Below are positions 1 through 10,166 of a stretch of DNA of 64,000 bases, one piece after another; positions within the stretch are counted from its first letter, which is position 1; the number at the start of each line of letters is the position of its first letter. The notes under the pieces are model-generated. The model made no database searches and was not told the origin of the DNA. It saw only the letters and a program-made list of their open reading frames with translations. A program made the position numbers and the translations under genes. This stretch comes from Mantamonas sphyraenae STR306 (lineage: Eukaryota; Protista; CRuMs), in assembly GCA_026936335.1 (NCBI GenBank), contig JAPMXV010000026.1, positions 124,001-188,000 of the forward strand, in the 5' to 3' direction.

Positions 1-1
1 G

Positions 2-856
2 GAGGAGCTGCGACTGCAGGTGCAGGAGACGGATGATCTGCAACGAGCGAAGAAGCAGATGGAGGAGGAGAACAAGCGGCTGTTGCGAGAGGTGGAACTG
101 AACCAGAAGAGTGTGGAGGAGTACGCCAAGCAGGGGTACAAGTACAGCAAGGAGCTGCGCAGCAAAACGGAGGAGATTAAGAATCTGGAGAATTCGCTCA
201 GCAAAGTGGTGCACAATTTCGAGCGGGAACGAGAGGAGACGGAGGCGGCACACGCACGGGAGCTGAAGGAGCGACAGAGTGAAAACCACGGCTTGCGCAA
301 ACTGTTGCAAATCCGCAGCCACGAGCTGACGGCGCTGCGGAAGCTGAGCAAGGTGATTCTGCAGGAGCGCAGCCAAACGGAGAGGTTCTTTATGGAGGCG
401 CTGGACACGGTGCGCAAGCAGCTTGCGGCCAGCAGTGGTGGTGGCGGCGGCAGCAGTAGCAAGCTGGTGGGTGGGGGACGACGCAACAGCAAGCTGACAG
501 GGAATTCGAAGCTCAAACGGGGCAAGGGGATGAGTGTGAGCCAGGTGGGACAGGGAAGGCGCGCAGGAGACGAGACGGGCTCTGGCAGCGTCAAGGGCAA
601 GGATGGAGAGATGGATGAGGTGCTGCAGGGGGGAATGGAGGAGGCAGACGACACACACAGTGTGGTTTCGGGTCGCTCAGGCCGTTCAGTGTCGAGTGCG
701 CTGAGCAGCGTGAGCGGCGGAGGTGTGGATGTGGCACAGTTGGATTGGGATGACAAGGAAAAGGTGCTGCGGTTGCTGTTTGCCAAGATCAACGAAGCGT
801 CGTTCGACACAAGTGCGTACGAGGGCGAGGGATGGTGGATGGAAGACGAGGGATGA
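2..856 (+). CDS. BBOF1: Basal body orientation factor 1 (CCDC176), 5'-truncated by the window edge
   Basis: Coiled coil followed by LRKLSKVILQERSQTERFFMEAL and the C-terminal signature VDVAQLDWDDKEKVLRLLFAKIN typical of BBOF1. The frame is open from position 2. Confidence 0.85.
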   Translation, partial: EELRLQVQETDDLQRAKKQMEEENKRLLREVELNQKSVEEYAKQGYKYSKELRSKTEEIKNLENSLSKVVHNFEREREETEAAHARELKERQSENHGLRKLLQIRSHELTALRKLSKVILQERSQTERFFMEALDTVRKQLAASSGGGGGSSSKLVGGGRRNSKLTGNSKLKRGKGMSVSQVGQGRRAGDETGSGSVKGKDGEMDEVLQGGMEEADDTHSVVSGRSGRSVSSALSSVSGGGVDVAQLDWDDKEKVLRLLFAKINEASFDTSAYEGEGWWMEDEG

Positions 857-1052
857 ACGCCATGATTATCATCCATTTTCATCACCATCGAATGAGTGCG
901 TGCGTGTGCGTGTGGTGGAAAGAAATCAAACAAGGGAATTTTGTTCTCTTCTGGTGCCACCATCGATGCCAACCCGAGGGGAGTGTCACTCGTGCAAGCA
1001 CAGCATTGCATGAACGTGAACATGAACATGAACATTGGACTTGGAAACCCGG

Positions 1053-1874
1053 TCAGAACTTGTTGTAGCCGCCATCGATGAGGAGGACATCGCCGTTGTG
1101 GTAGGCGCTGGCATCACTGGCAAGGTAGGCAGCGACACCACCAAAGTCGTCCTGGGAGCCCCAGCGACGAACGGGCACACGAGGCAGCACCTTTTGCATG
1201 ACGGGTTCGGCGTTGAGAAACTGGGCGGTCATGTCGGTTTCGACCCACCCGGGCAGGATGGCGTTGGCACGGATTCCCTTGGGACCCAGCTCGACGGCAA
1301 GGGCGTAGACCATGGCAATGACGGCCCCCTTTGTGGCTGCATAATGCTGGCCACGGGGCTGGCCACTGATGGCGGCGAGGGAGGAGGTGACGGCGAGGGA
1401 GCCGCCACGCTGGCCCTCTTCCATGTGCTTGGCAGCCTCACGCAGCGTGAGAAAGGCTCCGTCGAGGTTGATGGCCAGCACCTTGCGCCATTGGTCCATG
1501 CTCATGGTGGAAAAGGACTTTGAGGCGGCAGCAATGCCGGCGTTGGCGAAGCAGGAGTCGACGTGGCCGAAGCGGCCGACGACGGCGCCCATGGCCTCGA
1601 CCACACTGTCTTCGTTGGACACGTCGACCACTTGGGTGTCCACCTGGGCAGCTTCCTCCTCGCTTTGGTGGTTGATGGGATCCAGAGGCGCAGTTTCCTG
1701 GTCCAGCAGAAAGGTTTTGGCGCGGGTCAACTTGTCGCCATTGGTTCCCCACACTGACACCGACGCTCCCTGGCGTCGCAGAGCCGCAGCCATGCCCAGA
1801 CCAATGCCTCCATTGCCGCCTGTGACCACAGCCACCTTTCCAGTCAGATCAAAGAGGTTGCGTCGTGTGCTCAT
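1053..1874 (-). CDS. Classical short-chain dehydrogenase/reductase (FabG/KduD-like), intronless, 273 aa
   Basis: ATG at 1874 (MSTRRNLFDLTGKVAVVTGGNGGIG). TGxxxGIG, ANAGI, catalytic S and YAATK, and ILPGWVETDM motifs. The upstream part of the listed ORF is antisense to the next gene. Confidence 0.93.
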   Translation of the reverse strand: MSTRRNLFDLTGKVAVVTGGNGGIGLGMAAALRRQGASVSVWGTNGDKLTRAKTFLLDQETAPLDPINHQSEEEAAQVDTQVVDVSNEDSVVEAMGAVVGRFGHVDSCFANAGIAAASKSFSTMSMDQWRKVLAINLDGAFLTLREAAKHMEEGQRGGSLAVTSSLAAISGQPRGQHYAATKGAVIAMVYALAVELGPKGIRANAILPGWVETDMTAQFLNAEPVMQKVLPRVPVRRWGSQDDFGGVAAYLASDASAYHNGDVLLIDGGYNKF

Positions 1875-1924
1875 GAGGGAGTGTGTGTGGTGGTGTTGGC
1901 GGCGTCGGGGCGAACAGCCCAGAG

Positions 1925-1959
1925 CACACACACACACACACACACACGCACACACACAC
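1925..1959. repeat. (CA)n microsatellite in a divergent promoter
   Basis: Directly visible, with one interruption. Confidence 0.9.
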
Positions 1960-1960
1960 G

Positions 1961-4204
1961 ATGCGGCGTGCGGGTGGAGGTGGGGTGGTGCGACGTAGTT
2001 CCCGAGAGAGCGACTCAAGGAGACGGGCGTCGCGTGGGAGTGTGCTGAGTGGGATGGAGGTGACGGGCACGGGGCAGGGCCGAGTGGGAGGTCAGACGGA
2101 CGTAGACGACGCCGACGATGAAGACGAGAGCGAGAGTGTGCAAGGATCGGAGGATGGAAGGACAGGGAATCGAACCCGAGACAATAACAACCGGCGAGGG
2201 AGGAGGCGGAGCAGCAGCAGCAGCGGCAGCGTTGTTGGAGGCAGGAAGGCGACAACGCAAACTCACACGTTTTCGTTTGGCAACGGCTCATGGAATCCGC
2301 AAGAAAGCAGCAGCTCAGCGAAGGAATCAGGGACAGCAAAGAGTGCATCGCGGGCCGAGAGGAAAAGGCAAGGCAGCGGGGTGGGTGTGGGAGGAGGAGG
2401 GGATGAAAGAGGACGAGGGCGGACGATGCGCAAGAGCGCCAGTCGAGGTTCGTCGACATCGACATCGTCGTCGTCGTCGTCATCGTCATCGTCATCTCCG
2501 TCTGTATCTACATCCTCCAACACATCGTCTGCGTCGGTGGGTTCCTTGTCGCTTGCGTCTGCCGTGGCTGGCAGGGCAGGAGGAGGAGGCGGAGGCCCCA
2601 CAAAACCGCGCGGCAAATCGACGACGACGACGTCCAACGCAGGCCGTGGACGACGCAGGAGTGGAGACAGCAGCAGTGGAAGGACATCTATGGAGGACGA
2701 CATACGATCCAAAGCGGCCCGTGTCGGCGATAGTGTCAGAGGAGGGGCCAACAGCAGGCAAGGAGGGCCAAAGGGCGGGGTGCGCGGAGGATCGGGTGCT
2801 TCCGCATCGGCGAGGACGGCGGGGAAACCCAAGGCGTGGAAGACAGGACAGGCACTGATGGCACAATTGGCGGCCATGGAAGAGAATGGAGAGTTGGATG
2901 ACGGAGGCAGTGGGATGCTTGTGGGACGGAGGCGGAGCATGTTTCGCAAGCCGGTGCTTGTGTTTCAAGTGGACGGGGTGCTGGCCGACGCGTTTCACAC
3001 CTCATTCTGGTCGGGAGAGGGCCAGAAGTTGTACATACGGCCGGGGGCAGTGCAGGGATTGCACAAGCTGGCACGTTACTACCAGGTGTGTCTGGTGTCG
3101 ACTCGTCCGCGTGCGCAGCTGCTTCTGCCGTTGTTGCGCGTGTTGAAGGAGCAGGACGTGGCTGTGGACGGTGCGTTTGCCTCGGAGGAGTTGACGCAGG
3201 AGGAACAGGGGATTGAGGTGGGACAAATGACGGTGTTGCGTCCTGTGTACGCTCACTTTGGGCTGGCGGCCGAGGATGTGGTGCGTCGTGTGCTGCTCGT
3301 GGCTGCACACAACCTCAGCTACGAGGAAATTCACGCACGGACGGGCGAGGACCTGGTGGCGGAGAGGAACACGTTGAAGGAGAGGCAGGTGTGGTACACA
3401 GGCATGGTGGGTGCACCGTTGCTTACGCACCATCCGGACGTGTTTTGCACACGCATGCGCTATGCCGTGCCCGCGCGCAAGAGTGAAGGCCAGGGAAAGG
3501 GCACCATGAGCAATAGCAGCAGTGGCGGGAGGGGGGAGGATGGAGAAGAGGAAGACGAAGAGAACGACGGACGGAAAGCACAGGCAGAGGAATCGGAGGA
3601 GGGGAAGAAGGGGGAAGAAGGAGAGGGGAAGGATGGTGGTCATGACGATGATGATGCCGATGATGATGATGAGGTGATGGTGGTGGAAAAGGCGGCGTTG
3701 GGAGAGTATGCTCGGCTGGTGGATGGATATAGCCAGCAACAGTCGAGCAGCGGGAAATGGAGGGGCTCCAGTGGAGGAGGGGACAAAAGGGTGCATTGTA
3801 TGAGCGTGCCTTGTGTGAGTCTGTTGGTTCCCAACGCACGTGCGCAGGAGCAGATGATGGCCATCCACATGCGGGAAGTGGTGAGCACGGTGATTGAGAT
3901 GGACATCGCTGGCAATGGCAACTGGCTGCGCAGCTACTCGCAGGTAATGCGAGGGGACATCAAACGCGTATCGCTGACCTCACCCATGGACACGTTGCCA
4001 TGCACGGTGACCAATAGCACCAGCAACTCCGTCACAGCTCTCGAGCACCGCTTTATCGTCATGGATGCCCTCGAAGTGGACGAAGTGGGCGAGACAAAGT
4101 CGCCTCTGGTGCAATTGGAGCCCGTGAAGGATGTGAAACTGGAGGGCAAAGGGACACAACAGCAGCCCATCTACCACATGGCGGCGAAACGGCAATCCCA
4201 CTGA
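1961..4204 (+). CDS. Protein with low-complexity S/G/R N-terminus and a degenerate HAD/FCP1-like domain
   Basis: ATG at 1961 after a CA repeat. LVFQVDGVLAD...LYIRPGAVQGLHKLARYYQVCLVST resembles FCP1/NIF motifs I-II. Confidence 0.65.
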   Translation: MRRAGGGGVVRRSSRESDSRRRASRGSVLSGMEVTGTGQGRVGGQTDVDDADDEDESESVQGSEDGRTGNRTRDNNNRRGRRRSSSSSGSVVGGRKATTQTHTFSFGNGSWNPQESSSSAKESGTAKSASRAERKRQGSGVGVGGGGDERGRGRTMRKSASRGSSTSTSSSSSSSSSSSPSVSTSSNTSSASVGSLSLASAVAGRAGGGGGGPTKPRGKSTTTTSNAGRGRRRSGDSSSGRTSMEDDIRSKAARVGDSVRGGANSRQGGPKGGVRGGSGASASARTAGKPKAWKTGQALMAQLAAMEENGELDDGGSGMLVGRRRSMFRKPVLVFQVDGVLADAFHTSFWSGEGQKLYIRPGAVQGLHKLARYYQVCLVSTRPRAQLLLPLLRVLKEQDVAVDGAFASEELTQEEQGIEVGQMTVLRPVYAHFGLAAEDVVRRVLLVAAHNLSYEEIHARTGEDLVAERNTLKERQVWYTGMVGAPLLTHHPDVFCTRMRYAVPARKSEGQGKGTMSNSSSGGRGEDGEEEDEENDGRKAQAEESEEGKKGEEGEGKDGGHDDDDADDDDEVMVVEKAALGEYARLVDGYSQQQSSSGKWRGSSGGGDKRVHCMSVPCVSLLVPNARAQEQMMAIHMREVVSTVIEMDIAGNGNWLRSYSQVMRGDIKRVSLTSPMDTLPCTVTNSTSNSVTALEHRFIVMDALEVDEVGETKSPLVQLEPVKDVKLEGKGTQQQPIYHMAAKRQSH

Positions 4205-4222
4205 GGAGAATGAACTTTGCGG

Positions 4223-4223
<1 letters not shown>

Positions 4224-4268
<45 letters not shown>
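4224..4268. repeat. (ATC)~15 microsatellite between convergent stop codons
   Basis: Directly visible; fills most of the 62-bp gap. Confidence 0.95.
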
Positions 4269-4269
<1 letters not shown>

Positions 4270-5850
4270 CGTGCATTCGAGGTCGAGCATGATTTCGTCG
4301 CGTTGGGAAGAGTCAGGTAGGATGCGGATGGGCACGACGGTGTGTCTGTGATCGAGCCAGACGGGGCCGCCGTCGATGTCGCGCAGAAAGGCAACCGAGT
4401 CGAATCGACACACAGCTGTGCCTGGAGAGAGGCTGAGTAGGAACCAGTGCTGGTCCATGTTGTCACGTGTGCGCTTACGCACATGGTGCCAACGACTTGC
4501 AAAGGATTCGAGTTCGCTCAGGTGGCGAGCCGTCGTGTCGTCCTCCTGGGCCAGCCACTGGGTCTCTGGGTCGCCTCCGGCTCGTACGGGATCAAACACA
4601 TCCGGGGCAATGTCCTCGCGGACGTGAAAGACACTGCCCTCGACGGTGAGAGCACATGCAGAGTCAATGACACGCACGGAAGCCTGTTCCGGATGCATGC
4701 GCACACCCAGGGTGAGCTGTCCCGGCCCACACGCAAGCAGAGGCATGGCATGCACCCTGCCACGACCAGACACAGCGTAGCGCAGTCTGTCGAGCTGCAG
4801 GCCGCCGTCGCTGTCCAGGGCATCGCGATGGTCGTACTGGGGCGCCGTGTAGGGGAATCCCCAGTTGGAAGCAAGGACGGACGGTTCCAACGCGTAACGG
4901 TCGCGTGGATCGCGGACGGAAAACAGGGTGTGGTGATCGATGTCCAGGAGAGTGGAACGGTGGGACTCTGTGTTGACGGACACATGCTTGCGTGCGTTGG
5001 TTTCCTCCACACAGACGACGTCCTCTGCGCGTGGATGTGTGGTGCCACTCAGTCGCCACTGTCGGCTGCTGTCTGCGTTTGCGGCCTGTACAACGGGGCC
5101 TGCCCAGGAGGGCGACTCGGCACCCTCCTCCAATCCCCACTCCAGCACCATCAGACGCGTCACCTGCTCCATGGGCCCACGGATGGGTCCTGTATCCTCC
5201 AGAGCACTCATGTCTGGGACCACCTGCTGTCGATGGTGATGACTGCCCAGGGTGTCTCGTGCGCGTGCGTAAAACTCCCCTTCGTCCTCCGCCTGCAGGC
5301 CCGTGCCAAACATACTCTGGTTGGAACCTTGGTACCACAGCTTCCTACCCTGAACATCGTCGAATGCATCGTCCAATGAGGCCTCCACCATGGCCTCGTC
5401 GAATTGCTGCCGTGTTTGTCGCGTGCGTCCTCCCAGCGCTCGTTCGCCCGCCCCTCCCACCGTGCTCACCATCTCCCGTCGCAGATCCACCCGTCGGATC
5501 ACTCCGTTGCCCGTGTCTGCCACCAGTAGCATCGATGGTGACACCATCACACTCATGCTCGGCTCGCAGAACTGCGCCTCACGCATGTGCCCGTCCAGGT
5601 ATCCTGGTTTGCCCGTGCCCAGCTGTGCGTCGGTGGTCAGCCTCCCACCTCCTGGTTCGTATGTGTGTGTGTGTGTGTGTCCATTGCTGCATGCACTCAC
5701 CTTGGCAATGACCTGTCCGCCTGTGCTGAGGGCAGTGATGCAATGTTGCACGGCGTCCGTCACAAACACACACGCAGGCTGCACCTCTGTCAACGTGTCT
5801 GTACAATGCACTCTGCTGGAAAACAGATGTCTTCGCACACTCCGGCGCAT
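4267..5850 (-). CDS. NHL-repeat-containing protein; probable in-frame intron 5623-5700
   Basis: GTGKPGYLDGHMREAQFCEPS...LLVADTGNGVIRRVDLRREMVSTVGG is a typical NHL repeat. A 78-nt GTGAGT...CTGAC...CAG intron joins VIAK to LGTGKPG. Start codon uncertain. Confidence 0.7.
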
Positions 5851-5936
5851 GGTTGCTGCAGTGTGTGGGTGTGACAACGTGTGTGTGTGTGCGGAGCGAG
5901 AAAGAGAGTGTGTGCGCTGGCTGCTCCATCGCAACG

Positions 5937-7073
5937 ATGAGCACCACCAACGCCTGCACCTTTACCAGCACAGGGGAATCCGTCAAGGTGCAGACATACT
6001 ACCATTGCATCACATGTGGCTACGTGGAGGACTTTGGCGTGTGTGCAGGGTGTGCGGAAGGCTGCCACGCAGGACACCAACTGAGCCGGAAACACCGAGG
6101 GGCAATCTACTGCGACTGCGGTGCATTCGATCACGGTGCAATCCCACAGGAGGCACTGGACGCAGCCAAGGCAGCCAAGGAGGAGGACGACGACGACGAC
6201 GATGAGTACGAGGACGAAGACGGCGACTACGAGGACGACGGACTGCACTTTGACGACCTGGAGGAGCAGGAACAGACGCTGGTGTTGGAATTCCTGTCCA
6301 CCACCCAGATTGACCAGGAGGACGACGCCGACCAGGACATGGCCATTGAGATGTTGGACATGCACGGGTGGGATGTGGAGCGAGCCGTGCAAGCGTACTT
6401 TGCCGAGGTCGGCCTCCTCACCTCGGTCCTGAGCTCCCCAGCCCTGCTCGACCTCCTTCACGCCTACACAGAGAAGGCGGAAGAGGGCAACAGCAACAGC
6501 AACAGCAACGAGGGTGGTGACAACACAGAGCAAGCAAAGGCACAGACACAGACGGAGGGAAAGGGATCGGCGGGAGCGTACGAGGGCATGAGCGTGCCCC
6601 AGCTCCTGCAACGTGCACAGGACCTCTTTGACGCCAACAAGACGCAAGAGGCAGAGGCCATGTGGTTGCAATGCACAGAAAGTCTGCGTGGGTTGGCGGA
6701 ACAATCGTTGTGTGCAGCCACCGTGGCGTCGAATCTGTCCGCGGCCCAGTTTCGTCAGGGCCGCCTGGACGAAGCCACCAGCCAGTTGCAAACAGCCATG
6801 GCTTTGACAGACGCAGTGGAGGCCAATGGCAACAACAACAACAACAACGCGGACGGTGATGATGATGACAATCAACTGGCCAACCTGCATCCGGTGCTCC
6901 TCTCCGAGTACAAGGTGCTTCTGCGCGTGCACGAAGCCCACCTGGGCCTGGCCAGTGGCAAGGACATGGACACACACAAAGCCACATTGGCCAAGCTGCA
7001 AGAGGAGATTGTGCAGGGACCGTTCAAGGACATGGATCTTGTTCTGGCGTGGATTGCCGTGCAGACAGCATGA
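5937..7073 (+). CDS. UBR-box zinc finger + acidic linker + UBA-like domain + TPR-like helices, 378 aa
   Basis: CTFTSTG...YHCITC...GVCAGCAEGCHAGH...YCDCG (UBR box); EFLSTT...AIEMLDMHGWDVERAVQAYF (UBA_4-like); SNLSAAQFRQGRLDEA (TPR-like). Confidence 0.85.
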   Translation: MSTTNACTFTSTGESVKVQTYYHCITCGYVEDFGVCAGCAEGCHAGHQLSRKHRGAIYCDCGAFDHGAIPQEALDAAKAAKEEDDDDDDEYEDEDGDYEDDGLHFDDLEEQEQTLVLEFLSTTQIDQEDDADQDMAIEMLDMHGWDVERAVQAYFAEVGLLTSVLSSPALLDLLHAYTEKAEEGNSNSNSNEGGDNTEQAKAQTQTEGKGSAGAYEGMSVPQLLQRAQDLFDANKTQEAEAMWLQCTESLRGLAEQSLCAATVASNLSAAQFRQGRLDEATSQLQTAMALTDAVEANGNNNNNNADGDDDDNQLANLHPVLLSEYKVLLRVHEAHLGLASGKDMDTHKATLAKLQEEIVQGPFKDMDLVLAWIAVQTA

Positions 7074-7089
7074 CCGATTCCAGAGCTGT

Positions 7090-7971
7090 TTATGACGATG
7101 ACGAGGATTGTGCCACACCGCCATCGTTCTCTTCCACCTCCTCTCGCTTCCTCTTGCGCTTGGCTGCGTCCAGATTGAGCTGAAAGTCGTCGTCGGCGCT
7201 GATGAACTCGTCAGGCGGAAGCAGCACGCCAAACTCTTCGTTGATGACAGGCAACGGCTGCAAGTTCTTCTGCTGTGCCAGATCCAGCATAAACTGTGTG
7301 TGTGTGGGGGGGGGGGTGGGTGGGGTGTGCCGGTGTGAGCATCAAACCTTCCCCAAGAGGGTTTTCCCGTCGTTCCGAACCACCTCCTCACGTCCCACAC
7401 ATACCTCGCGCGCTGGCGGCTGTGTGAATGAAAAGTTGACTCGTGCTTGGATGGCGAGGCGCACGTCCTCCTGTGTATGGTGTCGCATGGAAGGCGGGAG
7501 GGGGGGGGGGAAGGAGGTGGATTGCGTGTGAGTGTGCCAAGTGCCAAACCAACATGCGTCACCCCAACCTCCTGGGCGCTACTCACAAGCTGCAAATCCG
7601 ACGCATCCCGTCCAGCGTGCTGGGCGTACACCTTGGCGTCTGTCAGCACCTCTGCCACATAACCTGTGGGTTGGAAGCGTATGCGTGTCAGAGGAGTGCC
7701 CCGCCACATCATCTTTGCCGCGCTCTCTCCCATTCGCCTCGCCCTCCACCTTCCACCCCCCCCCAACACCCCCAACACCCCCACACATGATGCACATACG
7801 ATGAATAAACTCGAGCATTTGATTGAGCACTCGCGGCTCGTAGTCCTCAACTCCCATCGACTCGATGATGAGCTGGATGATGCGTGCGTCCCGAGGCAGC
7901 TCCTTGTTCTTGTACTCCTCCTTGCCACTGCGGATGCCAGAGCCCACGGAAATGGATGTGCGCTCACTCAT
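7090..7971 (-). CDS. TAF9: TFIID subunit 9; exons 7971-7800, 7663-7587, 7470-7405, 7293-7090
   Basis: [51 protein letters not shown]...EDVRLAIQARVNFSFTQPPARE/FMLDLAQQKNLQPLP...GVLLPP. Three GT-AG introns keep frame. Confidence 0.95.
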
Positions 7972-8134
7972 GACAGAACGAGTGTGTGTGAACGTGAATG
8001 TGAATGTGTGTGTGCGTGTGTTTGTTGCTATGCAATGAAATCCCCTGCCCCAGCCAGCGCTCCCCATCCCAATCATCCCACCATCCCAATCATCCCACCA
8101 TCCCCTCATCCCACCATCCCACCAGCATCCATCA

Positions 8135-9918
8135 TCATGCTTCTTCCGTCTCCATGGCCCCGTCGTCCACCACCACCTCCTCCTTCTTGCCTGTGCTGCT
8201 GTTTTCTGTCTGACCTTCCATGCCATCGTCCTCGCCGTCATTGTCGTTGTCATTGTCGTACAATTCGTTGTCGGGCATGACCATGCCGTCGACCAGCCGT
8301 TGGGGCAGCCTTTCGTCCGGGTTGTCGTCCTCATCGTCATCGTCGTCCTGGATGAGGATGTCCGGGGGCACTTGGTGCATTTGCACACTGGGTGCATACT
8401 CCAGATTCGACAGGGTGTCAAACACAGAGGCCTTGATCTTTTCCAGGTCGCGTTTGGTGTTGAGATTTTCCATCTGCTTGCCCTGCACATGGAGTGTGTA
8501 CTCCGGCCCAAAGTATTCGTAGTAATCGTTGTAGGGCAACTCGTCGGGCAGATCTGTGTTCAGGATGACGCTTGTCTCGTAGGTCCAGCAGCGTGCAACG
8601 TTGCGAATGGTGTACCCGCCGCCTCCCAGCAGCAGCACAGGCAGCCCAAACGAACGCACATAATCCACACACGCCGCATGGCCCCGAATCGACAGGTTGA
8701 AGCAACCCAACCGGTCGCATGACAACGAGTCGGCACCCGACTGCAGCACAATCGCCTCGGGTCGGAACCGTTCCATCACCTTTTTGATCACGTCCTTGAA
8801 CAGCATCATGTACGAATCGTCGTCGATGCCGTCACGCAGCGGCACATTGATGCTAAAGTTCTTGCCTGCCTGTGCGCCCGTCTCGTCGATGGCCCCGGTG
8901 CCGGGGAAGAAGCCTCCGCCGTACTTGTGGAACGACACCGTCATCACCCGATCCGTCACGTAAAACGCCTCCTCCACGCCGTCGCCGTGGTGCACGTCGA
9001 TGTCGATGTACAACACACGTGCGTGGTACTTGAGCATCTCCAGGATGGCCAGCACAATGTCATTCACGTAGCAGAAGCCCGACGCCTCTCCCTTTTTGGC
9101 GTGGTGCAACCCTCCCGACCAGTTGATGGCCACGTCACACACCTGCCATGGACGGAACGAGGATGGCACGCGGAAAACACAGGGTGAGAGAGTGTGTATG
9201 CGTGGTGTGGTGTCGTGGGGGGTGTGTGAGCGTGTGTGCGTGTGCGTGTGTGTGTGTGTGCGTGTGCGTCGCTGGGCTGAGGAAACCCCTCCCCTTGCTC
9301 GCTCGTAAACGTGATGGAAAGTGCTGCATGTGGTTTTCTGTGGCCCACAGTAGCAGCACAGGGAGCACACCTCTCTGTTCCACCACCTACCCTGTTGTTC
9401 AGTTTGGCCGCACCGTCCAGAGAGCCGCCGCTGTAAATCTGGCAGTACTCAAAGAGGCCGTCAAACACGGGACAGTCGTCGCCCACGTTGAACTTGCTCA
9501 ACGAGTTGGCAAACGTCTCCACATTATCCGGCGACACCCTGTGTGATGGCAAGCAGGCCAGGCGCAAGGGGTGGGGCATGCACGTGCCCCAAAGCGGGCG
9601 TACACAGCAACGGCAGGTGGAACACTGCGTCAGCCTGGGAGTAGAGGAAAATGCGCACCGGGGCAAAGGGGCCGATGCAGACGACGCGGACACTCACCGT
9701 TCCAAAAAGTCGACGTAATCGTCGCTGTGGAAACGCAGTACTTCTGCACGTGTGGCCTGGTGTGGCCTGTAGATCTTCATTTTGTCGTACAGGCCGTAGT
9801 TGAGCACCAGGTTGTGTGTCATCACCAGCCGATGCGGCTTCATCGGGTGCAGCTTGCCGTAGTAAAAGTTGCCAATGTCTCCATCGTAGTAGTAGCACAC
9901 TTTGGACTTGTGTGACAT
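8135..9918 (-). CDS. HDAC3: Class I histone deacetylase, HDAC3-like; exons 9918-9698, 9538-9391, 9142-8135
   Basis: [75 protein letters not shown]. Splice phases are consistent. HDAC3 versus HDAC1/2 judged by eye. Confidence 0.9.
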
Positions 9919-10166
9919 GGTCAGGCTACAGGCTGCGAGGTGTGCGTGTGACTGGGAGCGGTGGAGGTCGGGTTCGTTTGCCCCCGATGCCGCCCACCAA
10001 CCGTGGATGCATGGATTGGGATGGTGGGAACGGGAAATGGAATGGGGGGATGAGAGGCAGATCCAAATGAAGATGACGAGGACCTGCTGTTTGGCACTGG
10101 AGTTGATGAAGCGAGACACCCAAATCCATTCGTCGCAACCCACAGCATCCCTCAGCTGCTCACTGG

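Noticed and set aside
1875-2495. N-terminal extension of the 480-aa SDR ORF
   Set aside because: Antisense to the HAD-like gene and crosses a microsatellite; SDR similarity begins at ATG 1874.
5790-7967. 725-aa minus-strand ORF
   Set aside because: Runs through TAF9 introns and antisense to the UBR gene; only TAF9 exon 2 is in frame.
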